The notes beneath the pieces were generated by a model. That model searched no databases, was not told the origin of the DNA, and saw only the letters and a program-made list of their open reading frames with translations. This document shows, piece after piece, positions 37,403 to 47,406 of a stretch of 64,000 bases of DNA. The position numbers and the translations under genes were made by a program. The stretch is from contig CAVYQS010000012.1 of NCBI GenBank assembly GCA_963770765.1, positions 144,404 through 208,403 of the forward strand. The letters run 5' to 3'. Within the stretch, counting starts at the first letter, position 1. Every line of letters starts with the position of its first letter. Source of the DNA: an uncultured Actinomycetes bacterium. Lineage in GTDB: Bacteria > Actinomycetota > Coriobacteriia > Anaerosomatales > PHET01.

Positions 37403-38533
37403 CTACGGCACGTCGGCGCCCAGTGGGCGCCAAACGGTGACTGACACGTCCTGAACGATACCCGCTTCGACCGGTACGAAGCGGTGTACGAGCTTGCGGG
37501 AGTCCCTGTCGGCGGCCCCGTCGTAGAGCGAGGGAGCGCCGGGTCCGGCCATGCCTCCGGCGGTCACGGTCACCAGCCGGTCCATGCACCCGGGTGTGCG
37601 CCACAGGCTTGTGAGGAGGCGGGGGCCCGGCTCGACGAGCACCTCGCCCACGCCTCGGTCGCCCAGGACAGCGAACGCCCCGGCCAAGCCCCGCGACGCA
37701 TCGTAGCGCGACACAAGCACGGAGTCCGGAAGCGCTTCCACCGTGGTCGGGTCGTCGAGGTCGTCGGAGATGAGCAGCAGCGTCGGAGCGCGGCCGTCCG
37801 AGAAGACACGGCTCCCTTGCGCAGGGATCGTGCGATGCGCCAACACGACCCGCAGCGGCTGGTGCTCCGCACGTCCGCCCGCATCGTCCCTGACCGTGAG
37901 CTCGGGGTCGTCGGCGATCACCGTCGCCGCGCCCACGAGCACCGCGTCCGAGTGACTCCGCAGCAGACGGGTGACGCTCGCTCCGGAAGCGCCGGTGACA
38001 ACAGCGGGCTCGCCGGGATCGAGCGCCACTCGGGCGTCGAGCGACAGCGCGACCTTCGCGGTGACAAGAGGCAGGCCCGTGGACACGCGCTTCAGCCAGC
38101 CCTCGTTGAGAGCAGCGAACGGGGTGGGGTCGTCAGCGAAGCCGATGGCCACGCCCGCGTCCCGGAGCCTCTCGGCCCCGCTGCCGGCACGTGGGTTCGG
38201 GTCGGGCATGCCGATGACGACCCGGGTGATCCCCGCAGCGATGAGCGCATCGGTGCAAGGAGGCGTCTTGCCGTGGTGAGCGCACGGCTCGAGGGTGACG
38301 TAGGCCGTCGCCCCGCGGGCAGCATCGCCCGCGTGTGCGAGCGCGAACACCTCCGCGTGAGGCTCACCGGCACGAGGATGGTAGCCCTCGCCCACGATGC
38401 GTCCATCGGAGACGATGACGCAGCCGACGCAGGGATTGGGCCACGTCGCCCCGCGGCCGCGGAGGGCCAGCTCGAGCGCGCGGCGCAGGTGCGGGTCATC
38501 GACCCGAGATGCGACATCGTCAAAGAGCCGCAT
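37403..38533 (-). CDS. ribD: Riboflavin deaminase/reductase
   Basis: PNPCVG, HAE and TLEPCAHHGKTPPC. Confidence 0.95.
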   Translation of the reverse strand: MRLFDDVASRVDDPHLRRALELALRGRGATWPNPCVGCVIVSDGRIVGEGYHPRAGEPHAEVFALAHAGDAARGATAYVTLEPCAHHGKTPPCTDALIAAGITRVVIGMPDPNPRAGSGAERLRDAGVAIGFADDPTPFAALNEGWLKRVSTGLPLVTAKVALSLDARVALDPGEPAVVTGASGASVTRLLRSHSDAVLVGAATVIADDPELTVRDDAGGRAEHQPLRVVLAHRTIPAQGSRVFSDGRAPTLLLISDDLDDPTTVEALPDSVLVSRYDASRGLAGAFAVLGDRGVGEVLVEPGPRLLTSLWRTPGCMDRLVTVTAGGMAGPGAPSLYDGAADRDSRKLVHRFVPVEAGIVQDVSVTVWRPLGADVP

Positions 38534-38543
38534 GAAGCGACCT

Positions 38544-38657
38544 TCCTTCTCCCATCCGGACTATGACCGTCGGCTCCGGAGTCTCACCGGATCGGCCCCT
38601 TTCGGGGTTCGCGGGCTGTAACCGCCGGTGGGGAATCTCACCCCGCCCTGAAGAAAG
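38544..38657 (-). ncRNA. FMN riboswitch (translational; P1 overlaps the SD of ribD)
   Basis: UUCAGGGCGGGGUGAGAUUCCCCACCGGCGGU...AGCCCGCGA...GAUCCGGUGAGACUCCGGAGCCGACGGUCAUAGUCCGGAUGGGAGAAG. Confidence 0.97.
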
Positions 38658-38749
38658 CGATTCGGAGTTTACCACACAGAGCACCTGCGCAGCCGCGCCG
38701 CGGGACGCGTTCGAGCCAGCGTGCAGCGCGGTCGCGGTTCTCCCTCGAG

Positions 38750-39421
38750 CTAGGTGACTGCCTCAGCCGCCGCCCTGATCGCGGCCATGGCGGCGATCGG
38801 ATCCGCTTCACCGAACACCGCGTTGCCCGCTACGAGACAGCGCGCACCGACCTCGGTGACCAGAGGCGCGGTCGTCGTGTTGATACCGCCGTCGACCTGG
38901 ATCATCGGCTGCAGACCGAGCTCACCGCACATCCAGGAGAGCTCGCTCACCTTCTCCACACTGCGCTCGATGAAGCTCTGGCCGCCGAATCCGGGGTTCA
39001 CGCTCATGATCAGGATCATGTCGACTATCCCGAGTACCTCCACGAGTTGGTCGACCGAGGTCCCCGGATTGACGCTCACCGCAGGCGACGCGCCCGCTTC
39101 ACGGATGCGGGTGAGTGTGCGATGAAGATGCGGGCATGACTCGACGTGCACCGTGATGCTGTCGGCGCCCGCATCGAGATACCACTCGATCGTCGAATCC
39201 GCGTTGTCGATCATGAGGTGCACGTCGAGGGGCTTGGTGGCCACTCGCTTGAGTGCCTTGATCACCGGCGGGCCGATCGTGAGGTTCGGGACGAAGTGTC
39301 CGTCCATGACATCGACGTGGATGAAGTCCGCGCCGCCTGACTCGACGATCTCGACCGCTTCGGCAAGGCGCGTGAAGTCCGCCGAAAGGATCGACGGCGC
39401 AATCAGGACCCGCTCGCTCAT
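38750..39421 (-). CDS. rpe: Ribulose-phosphate 3-epimerase
   Basis: IAPSILSADF, HVDVMDGHFVPN and MSVNPGFGGQ. Confidence 0.97.
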   Translation of the reverse strand: MSERVLIAPSILSADFTRLAEAVEIVESGGADFIHVDVMDGHFVPNLTIGPPVIKALKRVATKPLDVHLMIDNADSTIEWYLDAGADSITVHVESCPHLHRTLTRIREAGASPAVSVNPGTSVDQLVEVLGIVDMILIMSVNPGFGGQSFIERSVEKVSELSWMCGELGLQPMIQVDGGINTTTAPLVTEVGARCLVAGNAVFGEADPIAAMAAIRAAAEAVT

Positions 39422-39479
39422 AGCTGGTATGCCCCTCTCGAAAGCATCGTGGCGCCGGCGAACCGACCGGGACTGCGTG

Positions 39480-40496
39480 CTAGTCGATCACGAGCCCCAT
39501 ACCGTGGAGCTCGTCGCGGGCCTCTCGGCCCATCAGCAGCGTCCCGGCCTCGCGCGGATCGAGCCCCTCATAGAGGACCGCACGCACCAGCTCGGTCAAG
39601 GGCATCTCCACGCCCTCGCGCTTTCCGAGCTCATCGACCGAGATACAGGCGACAGCGCCCTCGGCCACCATGTGCGTCTTGTCGTAGAAGTCCTGCATCG
39701 TGCCGCCCTCGGCGACCAGCTGGCCCAGACCTCTGTTGCGGGAGTGGCGGCTCGTGCATGTGACGATGAGATCACCCATCCCCGCCAGTCCCATGTAGGT
39801 GAGCGGGTTGGCGCCGAGCGCCGCACCGAGCCGGCTCATCTCCGCGAGTCCGCGCGTCATCAGAGTCGCCTTGGTGTTGTCGCCGTAGCCCAGTCCGTCG
39901 CACATACCGGCAGCGATCGCGACGATGTTCTTGCTCGCGCCGCACAGCTCCACGCCCACGACATCGGGATTCGTGTAGACGCGGAAGAACGATGTCATGA
40001 AGGCGTCTTGGAAGAGTCGTCGGACGTCCTCCGAGTAGCTCGCCACGACGGTGGCCGACGGCACGCCCTTGCTGACCTCCTCGGCATGGTTGGGACCCGA
40101 GAGCCCGGCTATGCGCTCGCCGTTGCCGAACACGTCTGCGAGCACTTCCGTCATGAGCATCAGCGTGTCCTGCTCGACACCCTTGGACAGGATGCAGACG
40201 GGAGTGTCGGAGCTCAGGTGCGGCTTCATCGCCTCAGCGGTCGTTCGGACACCCATACTCGGCGTGACCATCACGACAGCCTCGGCGCCCTCGAGCGCGG
40301 CAGCGACGTCGTCCGAAGCACGCACGGTCGCGGGAAGAACGACGTCCGGCAGGTAGAGCGGGTTGCGGTGACGCGCGTTGACGCCCTCGGCGATCTCGGT
40401 CTCGCGCGCCCACAGCGAGACCTCGTGACCTTTGCCGCCCAGAAGCCAGCTCACCGCGGTGCCCCACGAACCCGCACCAATGACAGAGATACGCAC
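39480..40496 (-). CDS. gpsA: NAD(P)H-dependent glycerol-3-phosphate dehydrogenase
   Basis: GAGSWGTA, SGPNHAEE and GDLIVTC.S.HSRN. Confidence 0.96.
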   Translation of the reverse strand: MRISVIGAGSWGTAVSWLLGGKGHEVSLWARETEIAEGVNARHRNPLYLPDVVLPATVRASDDVAAALEGAEAVVMVTPSMGVRTTAEAMKPHLSSDTPVCILSKGVEQDTLMLMTEVLADVFGNGERIAGLSGPNHAEEVSKGVPSATVVASYSEDVRRLFQDAFMTSFFRVYTNPDVVGVELCGASKNIVAIAAGMCDGLGYGDNTKATLMTRGLAEMSRLGAALGANPLTYMGLAGMGDLIVTCTSRHSRNRGLGQLVAEGGTMQDFYDKTHMVAEGAVACISVDELGKREGVEMPLTELVRAVLYEGLDPREAGTLLMGREARDELHGMGLVID

Positions 40497-41158
40497 TAGT
40501 CCTCCTCGGTCTTCGACATAGCCTCGCCCCGACGGCTCAACGATATCTTACTCTCCTCGCCGCGTGCGATTCTGCCGATGTTCGCCCAGTGCCGGGCGAT
40601 GACCAGCGTCGCCGCAACGAGCGAGAACACCATGAGTGCGGGCCGGTCGCCGTAGAGCACCCACGTGAGTATCGGAAACTCGATGGCGATGACGATCGAC
40701 CCGAGAGAGACCATCCGCCATGCGGCGACGACGACGATGAAGCTCACGAACAGGATCGGCCACGCCATCGGCATCATCACGGCGATGGTCCCCGCACCCG
40801 TCGCGACACCCTTGCCACCGCGGAAGCGGATATAGGGCGAGAACGAATGGCCGAGGATGGCCGACATGGCCACCGAGACGAGCACCCAATCCCGTGCGTT
40901 CCCGGTGATCTCCGGCGGGCACAGGAGCATGGCGACCGCCACGGCTGCCGCACCCTTCGCGATGTCGAGCACGAACACGGCCAGTCCTGCTCGAAAGCCC
41001 AGAACGCGAAAGACGTTCGTGGCTCCCAGGTTCCCCGAGCCGTGATCGCGCGGATCGACTCCGTAGAACCCCCTGCCCACGATGAGCGCCCACGGAATCC
41101 CACCCACGAGGTAGCCCACCGCGAGCGGGGCGGCTATGCGTGCGATCGTCTCCAGCAA
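40496..41158 (-). CDS. plsY: Acyl-phosphate:glycerol-3-phosphate acyltransferase
   Basis: GSGNLGATN, GH.FSP...FRGGKGVAT and H..NI.R. Confidence 0.95.
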   Translation of the reverse strand: MLETIARIAAPLAVGYLVGGIPWALIVGRGFYGVDPRDHGSGNLGATNVFRVLGFRAGLAVFVLDIAKGAAAVAVAMLLCPPEITGNARDWVLVSVAMSAILGHSFSPYIRFRGGKGVATGAGTIAVMMPMAWPILFVSFIVVVAAWRMVSLGSIVIAIEFPILTWVLYGDRPALMVFSLVAATLVIARHWANIGRIARGEESKISLSRRGEAMSKTEED

Positions 41159-41163
41159 GACAC

Positions 41164-42471
41164 TCAGTCCTTCTTGCGGAACTTCATCAGAATCGGTGTC
41201 CCGGTGAAGTCGAAGCGCTCCCGCATACGGTTCTCGATATAGCGGCGATAGTTGTCGTCAACCAAGGTGGGGTGATTCGCGAAGAACGTGAATCCGGGAG
41301 GCGCGATGCGCGTCTGCGTCACGTAATGCATCCGCAGCGTCTTGCCGCCCTGATTGCGCGTGTGGCCGAAGTCGCGCATCTCGGTGAGAAGCTTGTTGAG
41401 CTGGCTCGTCGAGATCTCACGCGTGTAGTTGCCGTACGCCTTGGAGATCGCGGACCATATCTTGTGCACGCCGCGGCCGGTGAGGGCGCTGATGCGCAGC
41501 ACCGGAGCGAATCCCACGAATCCCATCCGCTCCTCGACTCGCGTCTCGAGGTACTCCTTCTCAACATCGTCCTCGAGCGTATCCCACTTGTTGAGAAGCA
41601 GGATCATCGCGCACCCGCGCTCCTCGGCGAAGCGTGCGATGCGCTGGTCCTGATCGGTGAGTCCGATGGTCGAGTCGATGACGAGCAGCGCCACGTGGGC
41701 ACGGTCGATCGCGCGCATCGCGCGCACGAAACCGTAGTACTCGACGTCTTCGTCGATGAGCGACTTGCGCCGTATGCCCGCGGTGTCCACCAGACGGAAG
41801 GTCGTGCCATCCTTCTCGAAGGTCATGTCGATCGCGTCACGCGTCGTCCCGGCGACGTCACTGACGATCGAGCGCTCCTTGCCCACCAGCTGATTGAGCA
41901 GAGAGGACTTGCCGGCGTTGGGCCGCCCGATGATCGCGACGTTGATGACGCCCTCGTCGGTCTCAGGCTCACTCGACGGCAGGACCTTCACGATCTCGTC
42001 GAGCAGGTCGCCGGTTCCGTTGCCGTGAGTCGCACTCACAGGCCAGGGTGTGTCGAGGCCCAGCGACCAGAAGTCGTAGGTCTCTTCCGTGCTGCCGGGG
42101 TTATCGACCTTGTTCACCACGAGGAAGACCGGTTTGCGCGTCCGCTTGAGGATGCGCGCGACCTCTTCGTCGTCGGGGGCGAGTCCCGTCTTGCCGTCAA
42201 CGAGGAAGATGATGGCTTCCGCCTCGTCGGTCGCCATGAGTGCCTGCGTGCGGATGGAGGTCTGGAACGCATCGGTGTTCCCGGCCTCGATCCCGCCGGT
42301 GTCGATGAGCATGAAGTCGACCCCGTTCCAGTCGGCACGGTGGTAACTGCGATCACGCGTCACACCGCGCGCCTCGTGGACGATGGCGTCGGATCCTTGG
42401 GCGAGTCGGTTCACGAAGGTGGACTTGCCCACGTTGGGGCGTCCGACGACTGCGACGATGGGAAGCGGCAT
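41164..42471 (-). CDS. der: Ribosome biogenesis GTPase Der
   Basis: Two G domains, GRPNVGKS and GRPNAGKS. Confidence 0.97.
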   Translation of the reverse strand: MPLPIVAVVGRPNVGKSTFVNRLAQGSDAIVHEARGVTRDRSYHRADWNGVDFMLIDTGGIEAGNTDAFQTSIRTQALMATDEAEAIIFLVDGKTGLAPDDEEVARILKRTRKPVFLVVNKVDNPGSTEETYDFWSLGLDTPWPVSATHGNGTGDLLDEIVKVLPSSEPETDEGVINVAIIGRPNAGKSSLLNQLVGKERSIVSDVAGTTRDAIDMTFEKDGTTFRLVDTAGIRRKSLIDEDVEYYGFVRAMRAIDRAHVALLVIDSTIGLTDQDQRIARFAEERGCAMILLLNKWDTLEDDVEKEYLETRVEERMGFVGFAPVLRISALTGRGVHKIWSAISKAYGNYTREISTSQLNKLLTEMRDFGHTRNQGGKTLRMHYVTQTRIAPPGFTFFANHPTLVDDNYRRYIENRMRERFDFTGTPILMKFRKKD

Positions 42472-42485
42472 GGCCGCGTCACTCC

Positions 42486-43868
42486 TTATGCTTGTGCGGG
42501 CGGGTTCCGGGCCACACCGATGAGGCCGTCCAGCAGTCCCGCGGCGTCGCAGGATACCACACGGAGGTCGGCGCCGCTTGCACGGCGGAGGTCCTCGACA
42601 CTCATGTCATCGAGCGTGAGCCCGTCGGCGTTGAGTATCACGTCGGGCACGATGTAGGCGCTCGGTCGGCGTGAAGAACCGCGGTCCGCGGTGACGGCGG
42701 AGACCAGGTCGGCACCGGTGAGCAGACCGGTGACCCCGACGTTCCCGCCGAAGAACCGGTTGGGCACGGCGAGCAACCTGACGCGTCCGGCGGCATCGCA
42801 GGCGTTGAGCGCTCCGGCGATCGTGGTCGCGGCCATGACGCCCGTCACGATGGTGACCGCCTCGGACTCGGCGGGCAGCGCACGCACGGCTTCCGTCAGC
42901 GGCTCACGGAGAGCGCCGACCTCATCGGCGAGACTGCGCACGAGTCCGATCCCGTTCTCGTACTGCGGGTAGTCGTCGTACCACTCGGCGGTCGGGAACG
43001 GGGCCTTGGCGTTGAGGTAGAACTCGTCGGCCAGGTGCACCCACGTGACGCCATCGCGCTCCCGCGACCCGAACTGCCACCTCTGCACCTGCTGGATGAC
43101 CATCGCCGCGCTGACCGGGTCGTTGTAGCTCGCCGAGAAGCGCTCCTGGTGTCTCGTGTAGCCGAGCGGCACGATGCCGACCGACACGATGCCTTCCCGT
43201 TCGGCCAGCCACGTGAGGCTGCGGTCGAGATGCTCGGCGTCGTTGACTCCGGGCACGAGCACGATCTGCGCGTGCAGGTCGATCCCCTCGTCGAGAAGCT
43301 GGTCGATACGTTCGAGCGCCCGGTCCTCTCTGGCGCACACGAGGCTCCCGCGCACGTCAGGCTCGACCGCGTGCACGGACACGTAGAGCGGCGACAGGTG
43401 CTGTTCGGAGATCCGCACGACGTCTGCGTCGCTGAGGTTCGTGAGCGTCACGAAGTTGCCTTGCAGGAAGGAGAGCCTGAAGTCGTCATCGCGCAGGTAG
43501 AGGGCCTTGCGCATACCCCCGGGCAGTTGCGTCATGAAGCAGAACACGCAGGTGTTGCCGCACGTGCGGATGCCGTCGAACACAGCGTCGGCGAAGTCGA
43601 TCCCCCACGGCGTTCCCGGCTCTCGCTGCAGGTTCACGCTGCGGGCGTCGCCGGAGCTCGATACCACCGAGAGCGTGACCGCATCCGAATCGGTGTACCA
43701 CTGCCAGTCCACGACATCGTCGACAGCCGAGCCGTCGACGGCGACCACCCGGTCCCCCGCGAGGAGACCCGCTCGATCCGCGGGAGATGACGGCACGACG
43801 GCGGCGATGAGGCCGCCCCTCGACTCGGGGTGCTCGGTGGGAGCGTACTGTGCCCGGGCAGCGGTCAC
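42486..43868 (-). CDS. PDZ plus radical-SAM-like DUF512 protein
   Basis: CGNTCVFC, DDDFRLSFLQGNFVTLTN, YPQYENGIG and FFGGNV.VTGLL. Confidence 0.9.
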   Translation of the reverse strand: MTAARAQYAPTEHPESRGGLIAAVVPSSPADRAGLLAGDRVVAVDGSAVDDVVDWQWYTDSDAVTLSVVSSSGDARSVNLQREPGTPWGIDFADAVFDGIRTCGNTCVFCFMTQLPGGMRKALYLRDDDFRLSFLQGNFVTLTNLSDADVVRISEQHLSPLYVSVHAVEPDVRGSLVCAREDRALERIDQLLDEGIDLHAQIVLVPGVNDAEHLDRSLTWLAEREGIVSVGIVPLGYTRHQERFSASYNDPVSAAMVIQQVQRWQFGSRERDGVTWVHLADEFYLNAKAPFPTAEWYDDYPQYENGIGLVRSLADEVGALREPLTEAVRALPAESEAVTIVTGVMAATTIAGALNACDAAGRVRLLAVPNRFFGGNVGVTGLLTGADLVSAVTADRGSSRRPSAYIVPDVILNADGLTLDDMSVEDLRRASGADLRVVSCDAAGLLDGLIGVARNPPAQA

Positions 43869-44698
43869 TTCATCGCCTCGATGGCGCTGATGACCCCCCG
43901 CATCTGCCTGTCGGGGGTCGACGCTCCCGCAGCGACACCGGCGATCTGAGCCCCCTCGAACCATGCGGGGTCGAGGTCGTCGGCGGTCTCGACGTGGTGG
44001 GTCCTCGTGTTGGCTTCTCGGCAGATCTCGACGAGGCGGGTCGTGTTGCCGGAGTTGTGCCCCCCGACCACCACCACGACATCGACGCTCTCGGCCAGCT
44101 CGGCTGCGGAGCGCTGCCTCTTGGCCGTCGCCGAGCAGATCGTGTTGTACACCCTGAGCTCGGTCACCCGCGGCATGAGGGCGTCGACGACCTCGTTGAG
44201 CAACTCTTGAGACTGCGTGGTCTGAACGACGACGCCGACGCGGCGCGACCCCAAACGCTCGGGCAGCTCGGAGGCGTTCTCGACCACGATCGCCTCCCCG
44301 CCTGCATGCGCCATGATGCCCTCCACCTCAGGGTGGTCGGCCTCCCCCACGATGACGACGGTATACCCGTCGCGCCGCAGCTCACCAGCGGCGTCATGGG
44401 CCTTGCTGACATGCGGGCAGGTCGCATCCACGACGTCGAGGCCCTTGTCTTCGGCTGCGGCGATGATAGCCGGATCCACTCCGTGACTGCGGATCACCAG
44501 GGTGCCCGAATCGACCTCGTCCAGGCAGCCGGCGACCTCGACGCCACGTGCGCGCAGCGCCTCGACCGCCTGGGGGTTGTGGATCAGAGGGCCGAGTGTG
44601 TGTACCGCCGTGCCCTTCCCAGCCGCCTCATCGGCGAGCTTGAGCGCCCGTTCGACCCCATAACACACGCCTGCATAGCGAGCGACTTCGACCTTCAT
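43865..44698 (-). CDS. ispH: 4-hydroxy-3-methylbut-2-enyl diphosphate reductase
   Basis: GVCYGV, DATCP, TICSAT and AGASTP. Confidence 0.96.
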   Translation of the reverse strand: MKVEVARYAGVCYGVERALKLADEAAGKGTAVHTLGPLIHNPQAVEALRARGVEVAGCLDEVDSGTLVIRSHGVDPAIIAAAEDKGLDVVDATCPHVSKAHDAAGELRRDGYTVVIVGEADHPEVEGIMAHAGGEAIVVENASELPERLGSRRVGVVVQTTQSQELLNEVVDALMPRVTELRVYNTICSATAKRQRSAAELAESVDVVVVVGGHNSGNTTRLVEICREANTRTHHVETADDLDPAWFEGAQIAGVAAGASTPDRQMRGVISAIEAMK

Positions 44699-45376
44699 CT
44701 AGCGCGCTCCTCTCGCCATGTCGCGCTCATGTGCGATACGGACCATCAGCTCGGCGGTCAGTGACTCCATACGCTCCTTGCGCCCACCTACGAAGCTCTC
44801 GGGCTGAAGCGGTTCCCCGAATCGGATGGTCACTTTCGGGAATCGTGGCAGCCTGGCCCCTCGAGGAAGCGCTCTGTCAGTGCCGGCGATCCCCACGGGA
44901 ACGACCGGGACCGATGCTCTGAGTGCGATGAACGATACGCCTTGGTGTGCCTCACCCAGCTCATCCGAAGCACGGTGCCCGCGTGTCCCTTCAGGAAACA
45001 TACCCACGAGCTCCCCACCGGCCAGCAGTATCGTGGCGTTGGAGATCATGGCGCGGTCGGCCGTACCCCTCTCGACGGGGAGCGCCCAGAAGTGGTCGAG
45101 CGCCCAGCCCAGCCAACCGGTCTGCCACAGCTCTGCCTTCGCGACGAAGTGCACGGGGCGAGGTGATGCACACCACAGCAGGGCGGGATCGAGGTAGCTC
45201 ACGTGGTTGCCGGCGAGCAACGCACCGCCAGCGGGAATGTTCTCCAGGCCCTCGATTCGAGTGCGGTAGACCGCGAGCAGCACCTTGCCGACGGTCGCGC
45301 GCAAGAAGCGCGCGAGTGCCCACCCGGGTGAGTCGGGACCGGAAGCGGGCTTGCCACGCAGGTCGGCCGAGCTCAC
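44699..45376 (-). CDS. plsC: 1-acyl-glycerol-3-phosphate acyltransferase
   Basis: NHVSYLD and FPEGTR. Confidence 0.9.
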   Translation of the reverse strand: MSSADLRGKPASGPDSPGWALARFLRATVGKVLLAVYRTRIEGLENIPAGGALLAGNHVSYLDPALLWCASPRPVHFVAKAELWQTGWLGWALDHFWALPVERGTADRAMISNATILLAGGELVGMFPEGTRGHRASDELGEAHQGVSFIALRASVPVVPVGIAGTDRALPRGARLPRFPKVTIRFGEPLQPESFVGGRKERMESLTAELMVRIAHERDMARGAR

Positions 45377-46044
45377 GTGCGCGCCTGGTGCGCCAGCAGC
45401 GCGATACGCTCGATGACCTGCTCGACCGAGAGCCCGGTGGTATCGAGGATCACGGCGTCGTCCGCGGCGGCGAGTGGAGCGACGGGCCGCGACGAGTCGG
45501 CCTCGTCTCGGCGCATGATCGAGTCATGCACCTCCTGCGCGTCGACCTCGAGTCCGTTCTGCGCTTGCTGCAACGCGCGTCTGCGGGCCCGCTCCTCGGG
45601 CGTGGCGGTCAGGTACACCTTGACCTCGGCGTCCGGAAAGACCACCGTCCCTATGTCGCGGCCCTCGACCACGATGTCTTCTCCCTCGCTCAGATGACGC
45701 TGCTGCGCCACCATCGCGATCCTCACTCTGGGAAGCCGAGCCACCGAGCTCACGGCGTCATCGACTTCAGGACTCCGAATAGCGCCGGTCACGTCGTGCT
45801 CGGCGATGAACACCCGCGAGGGAAGCGACTCGCCCGGCTCGTGGGCGAAGCGCACGACATCTGACTCGGCGATCGCCACCACGGCGTCTTCGTCTGCCGG
45901 GGAGACTCCCCGCGTCAGCGCCCTCCACGCCACCGCGCGATACATCGCACCGGTGTCCAGGTAGTGGAAGCCCATCGCCTCTGCGACGAGTTTGGCAACG
46001 GTCGACTTCCCGGAGCCGGCGGGCCCGTCTATCGCGATGATCAT
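45373..46044 (-). CDS. cmk: Cytidylate kinase
   Basis: IDGPAGSGKST, DTGAMYR and EGRDIG. Confidence 0.96.
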   Translation of the reverse strand: MIIAIDGPAGSGKSTVAKLVAEAMGFHYLDTGAMYRAVAWRALTRGVSPADEDAVVAIAESDVVRFAHEPGESLPSRVFIAEHDVTGAIRSPEVDDAVSSVARLPRVRIAMVAQQRHLSEGEDIVVEGRDIGTVVFPDAEVKVYLTATPEERARRRALQQAQNGLEVDAQEVHDSIMRRDEADSSRPVAPLAAADDAVILDTTGLSVEQVIERIALLAHQART

Positions 46045-46095
46045 GTCCGCTGGTCCGCTTCCGTCCGAGGGTGCGTTTCGACGACCGAGATTGTA

Positions 46096-47406
46096 CTACG
46101 CGAGCAAGGACTCCACGTCCGCCGAGAAACCCGGATAGCTCACCTCGACGGCATCGAAACGGGCGATCTCGACCGGTCCGCACGCGACCATCCCGGCGAG
46201 CGCCCACGTCATCGCGAGCCGATGGTCGCCCAGCGAATCGAGCTGCGCGGCGGTCAGATCGGAGGGCCCGTCCACCTCAAGCCAGTCCGGCCCGCTTCGC
46301 GCGCGAACACCGAGCGCCTTCAGGCCGAGGCAGACCGCGTCCAACCGGTCGCTCTCCTTGACTCGCAGCTCCCCCACGCCCTCGAAGCGCGTCGTGCCGT
46401 GAGCGGTTGCAGCGACCAGAGCGAGTACCGGCACCTCGTCGACCATCGACGGAACCTCGGAAGCTGCGACCGCGCAGCCGCGCAAGTCAGGCGAGTAGCT
46501 CACCCTGATCGTTCCCACGGGTTCAGCACCCGCTTCCTCATCGATCGTGGCAACGAGGTCCGCGCCCATGCGCTGGAGCACCCGCGCGAATCCGACACGC
46601 GTTTCGTTGAGCGACACGCCGGGGATCTCGACGGAGCTGCCGGGCACCATGGCTGCAGCAGCCGCGATGAACGCCGCCGATGAGGGATCGCCCGGCACCG
46701 CCACCGTGGTGGCCGCCAGCAGTTGCGGTCCGCACAGCGATGCCGACCGGTTCTCCGGGTCGGACTTGAGCGATATCCCGAACGCCGGGAGCAGCCTCTC
46801 GGTGTGATCGCGGCTGCGCGCCGGCTCCACCACCCTCACTCCTCCGCCCGCGCGGAGCCCCGCGAGCAGTACGGCCGTCTTGACCTGCGCCGACGCTACC
46901 GGCGACGAGAAAGAGTACGGCTTGAGCGTTGCGCTCCCGTGCACGGTGACCGGCAGTGTGCCCCCGGGACCCGTCTCGAAGCGCGCCCCCATCGCTGTGA
47001 GCGGTTCGGTCACGCGACTCATAGGCCTGCGCGAGAGTGACGCGTCCCCCACCAACGTGGCCGTGATGGGCCAACCCGCAAGCACGCCCATGAGCAGGCG
47101 CGCGGTGGTTCCCGAGTTGCCGCAGTCGACCGGCGCGGTCGGCTGTCGCGGGCCACTCGCACCCCAGCCTGTGATGGTCCCCGCCAACGAGCCGTCCGGC
47201 TGTGCGGTGAGCTCGACGGCAGCGCCGAGCGCCCCGACCGCACCGACCGTGGAGCGGACGTCGGCGGAGTCCAGGACGCCGCTGAGCGTCGATACGCCTT
47301 CGGCCATGGCTGCGAACAACACCGCGCGATGGGAAAGCGACTTGTCGCCCGGCACGCGAACGGTGCCGCGCAACGGCGCGGAGCCGGGGCCGTACGTTCG
47401 GTTCAC
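46096..47406 (-). CDS. aroA: EPSP synthase
   Basis: PGDKSLSHR, GNSGTT, SAQVK, RVKESDR and DHRLAM. Confidence 0.97.
   Translation of the reverse strand: MNRTYGPGSAPLRGTVRVPGDKSLSHRAVLFAAMAEGVSTLSGVLDSADVRSTVGAVGALGAAVELTAQPDGSLAGTITGWGASGPRQPTAPVDCGNSGTTARLLMGVLAGWPITATLVGDASLSRRPMSRVTEPLTAMGARFETGPGGTLPVTVHGSATLKPYSFSSPVASAQVKTAVLLAGLRAGGGVRVVEPARSRDHTERLLPAFGISLKSDPENRSASLCGPQLLAATTVAVPGDPSSAAFIAAAAAMVPGSSVEIPGVSLNETRVGFARVLQRMGADLVATIDEEAGAEPVGTIRVSYSPDLRGCAVAASEVPSMVDEVPVLALVAATAHGTTRFEGVGELRVKESDRLDAVCLGLKALGVRARSGPDWLEVDGPSDLTAAQLDSLGDHRLAMTWALAGMVACGPVEIARFDAVEVSYPGFSADVESLLA

Noticed and set aside
38544-38657. FMN riboswitch as a specificity variant
   Set aside because: The conserved segments look canonical and it precedes the rib operon.
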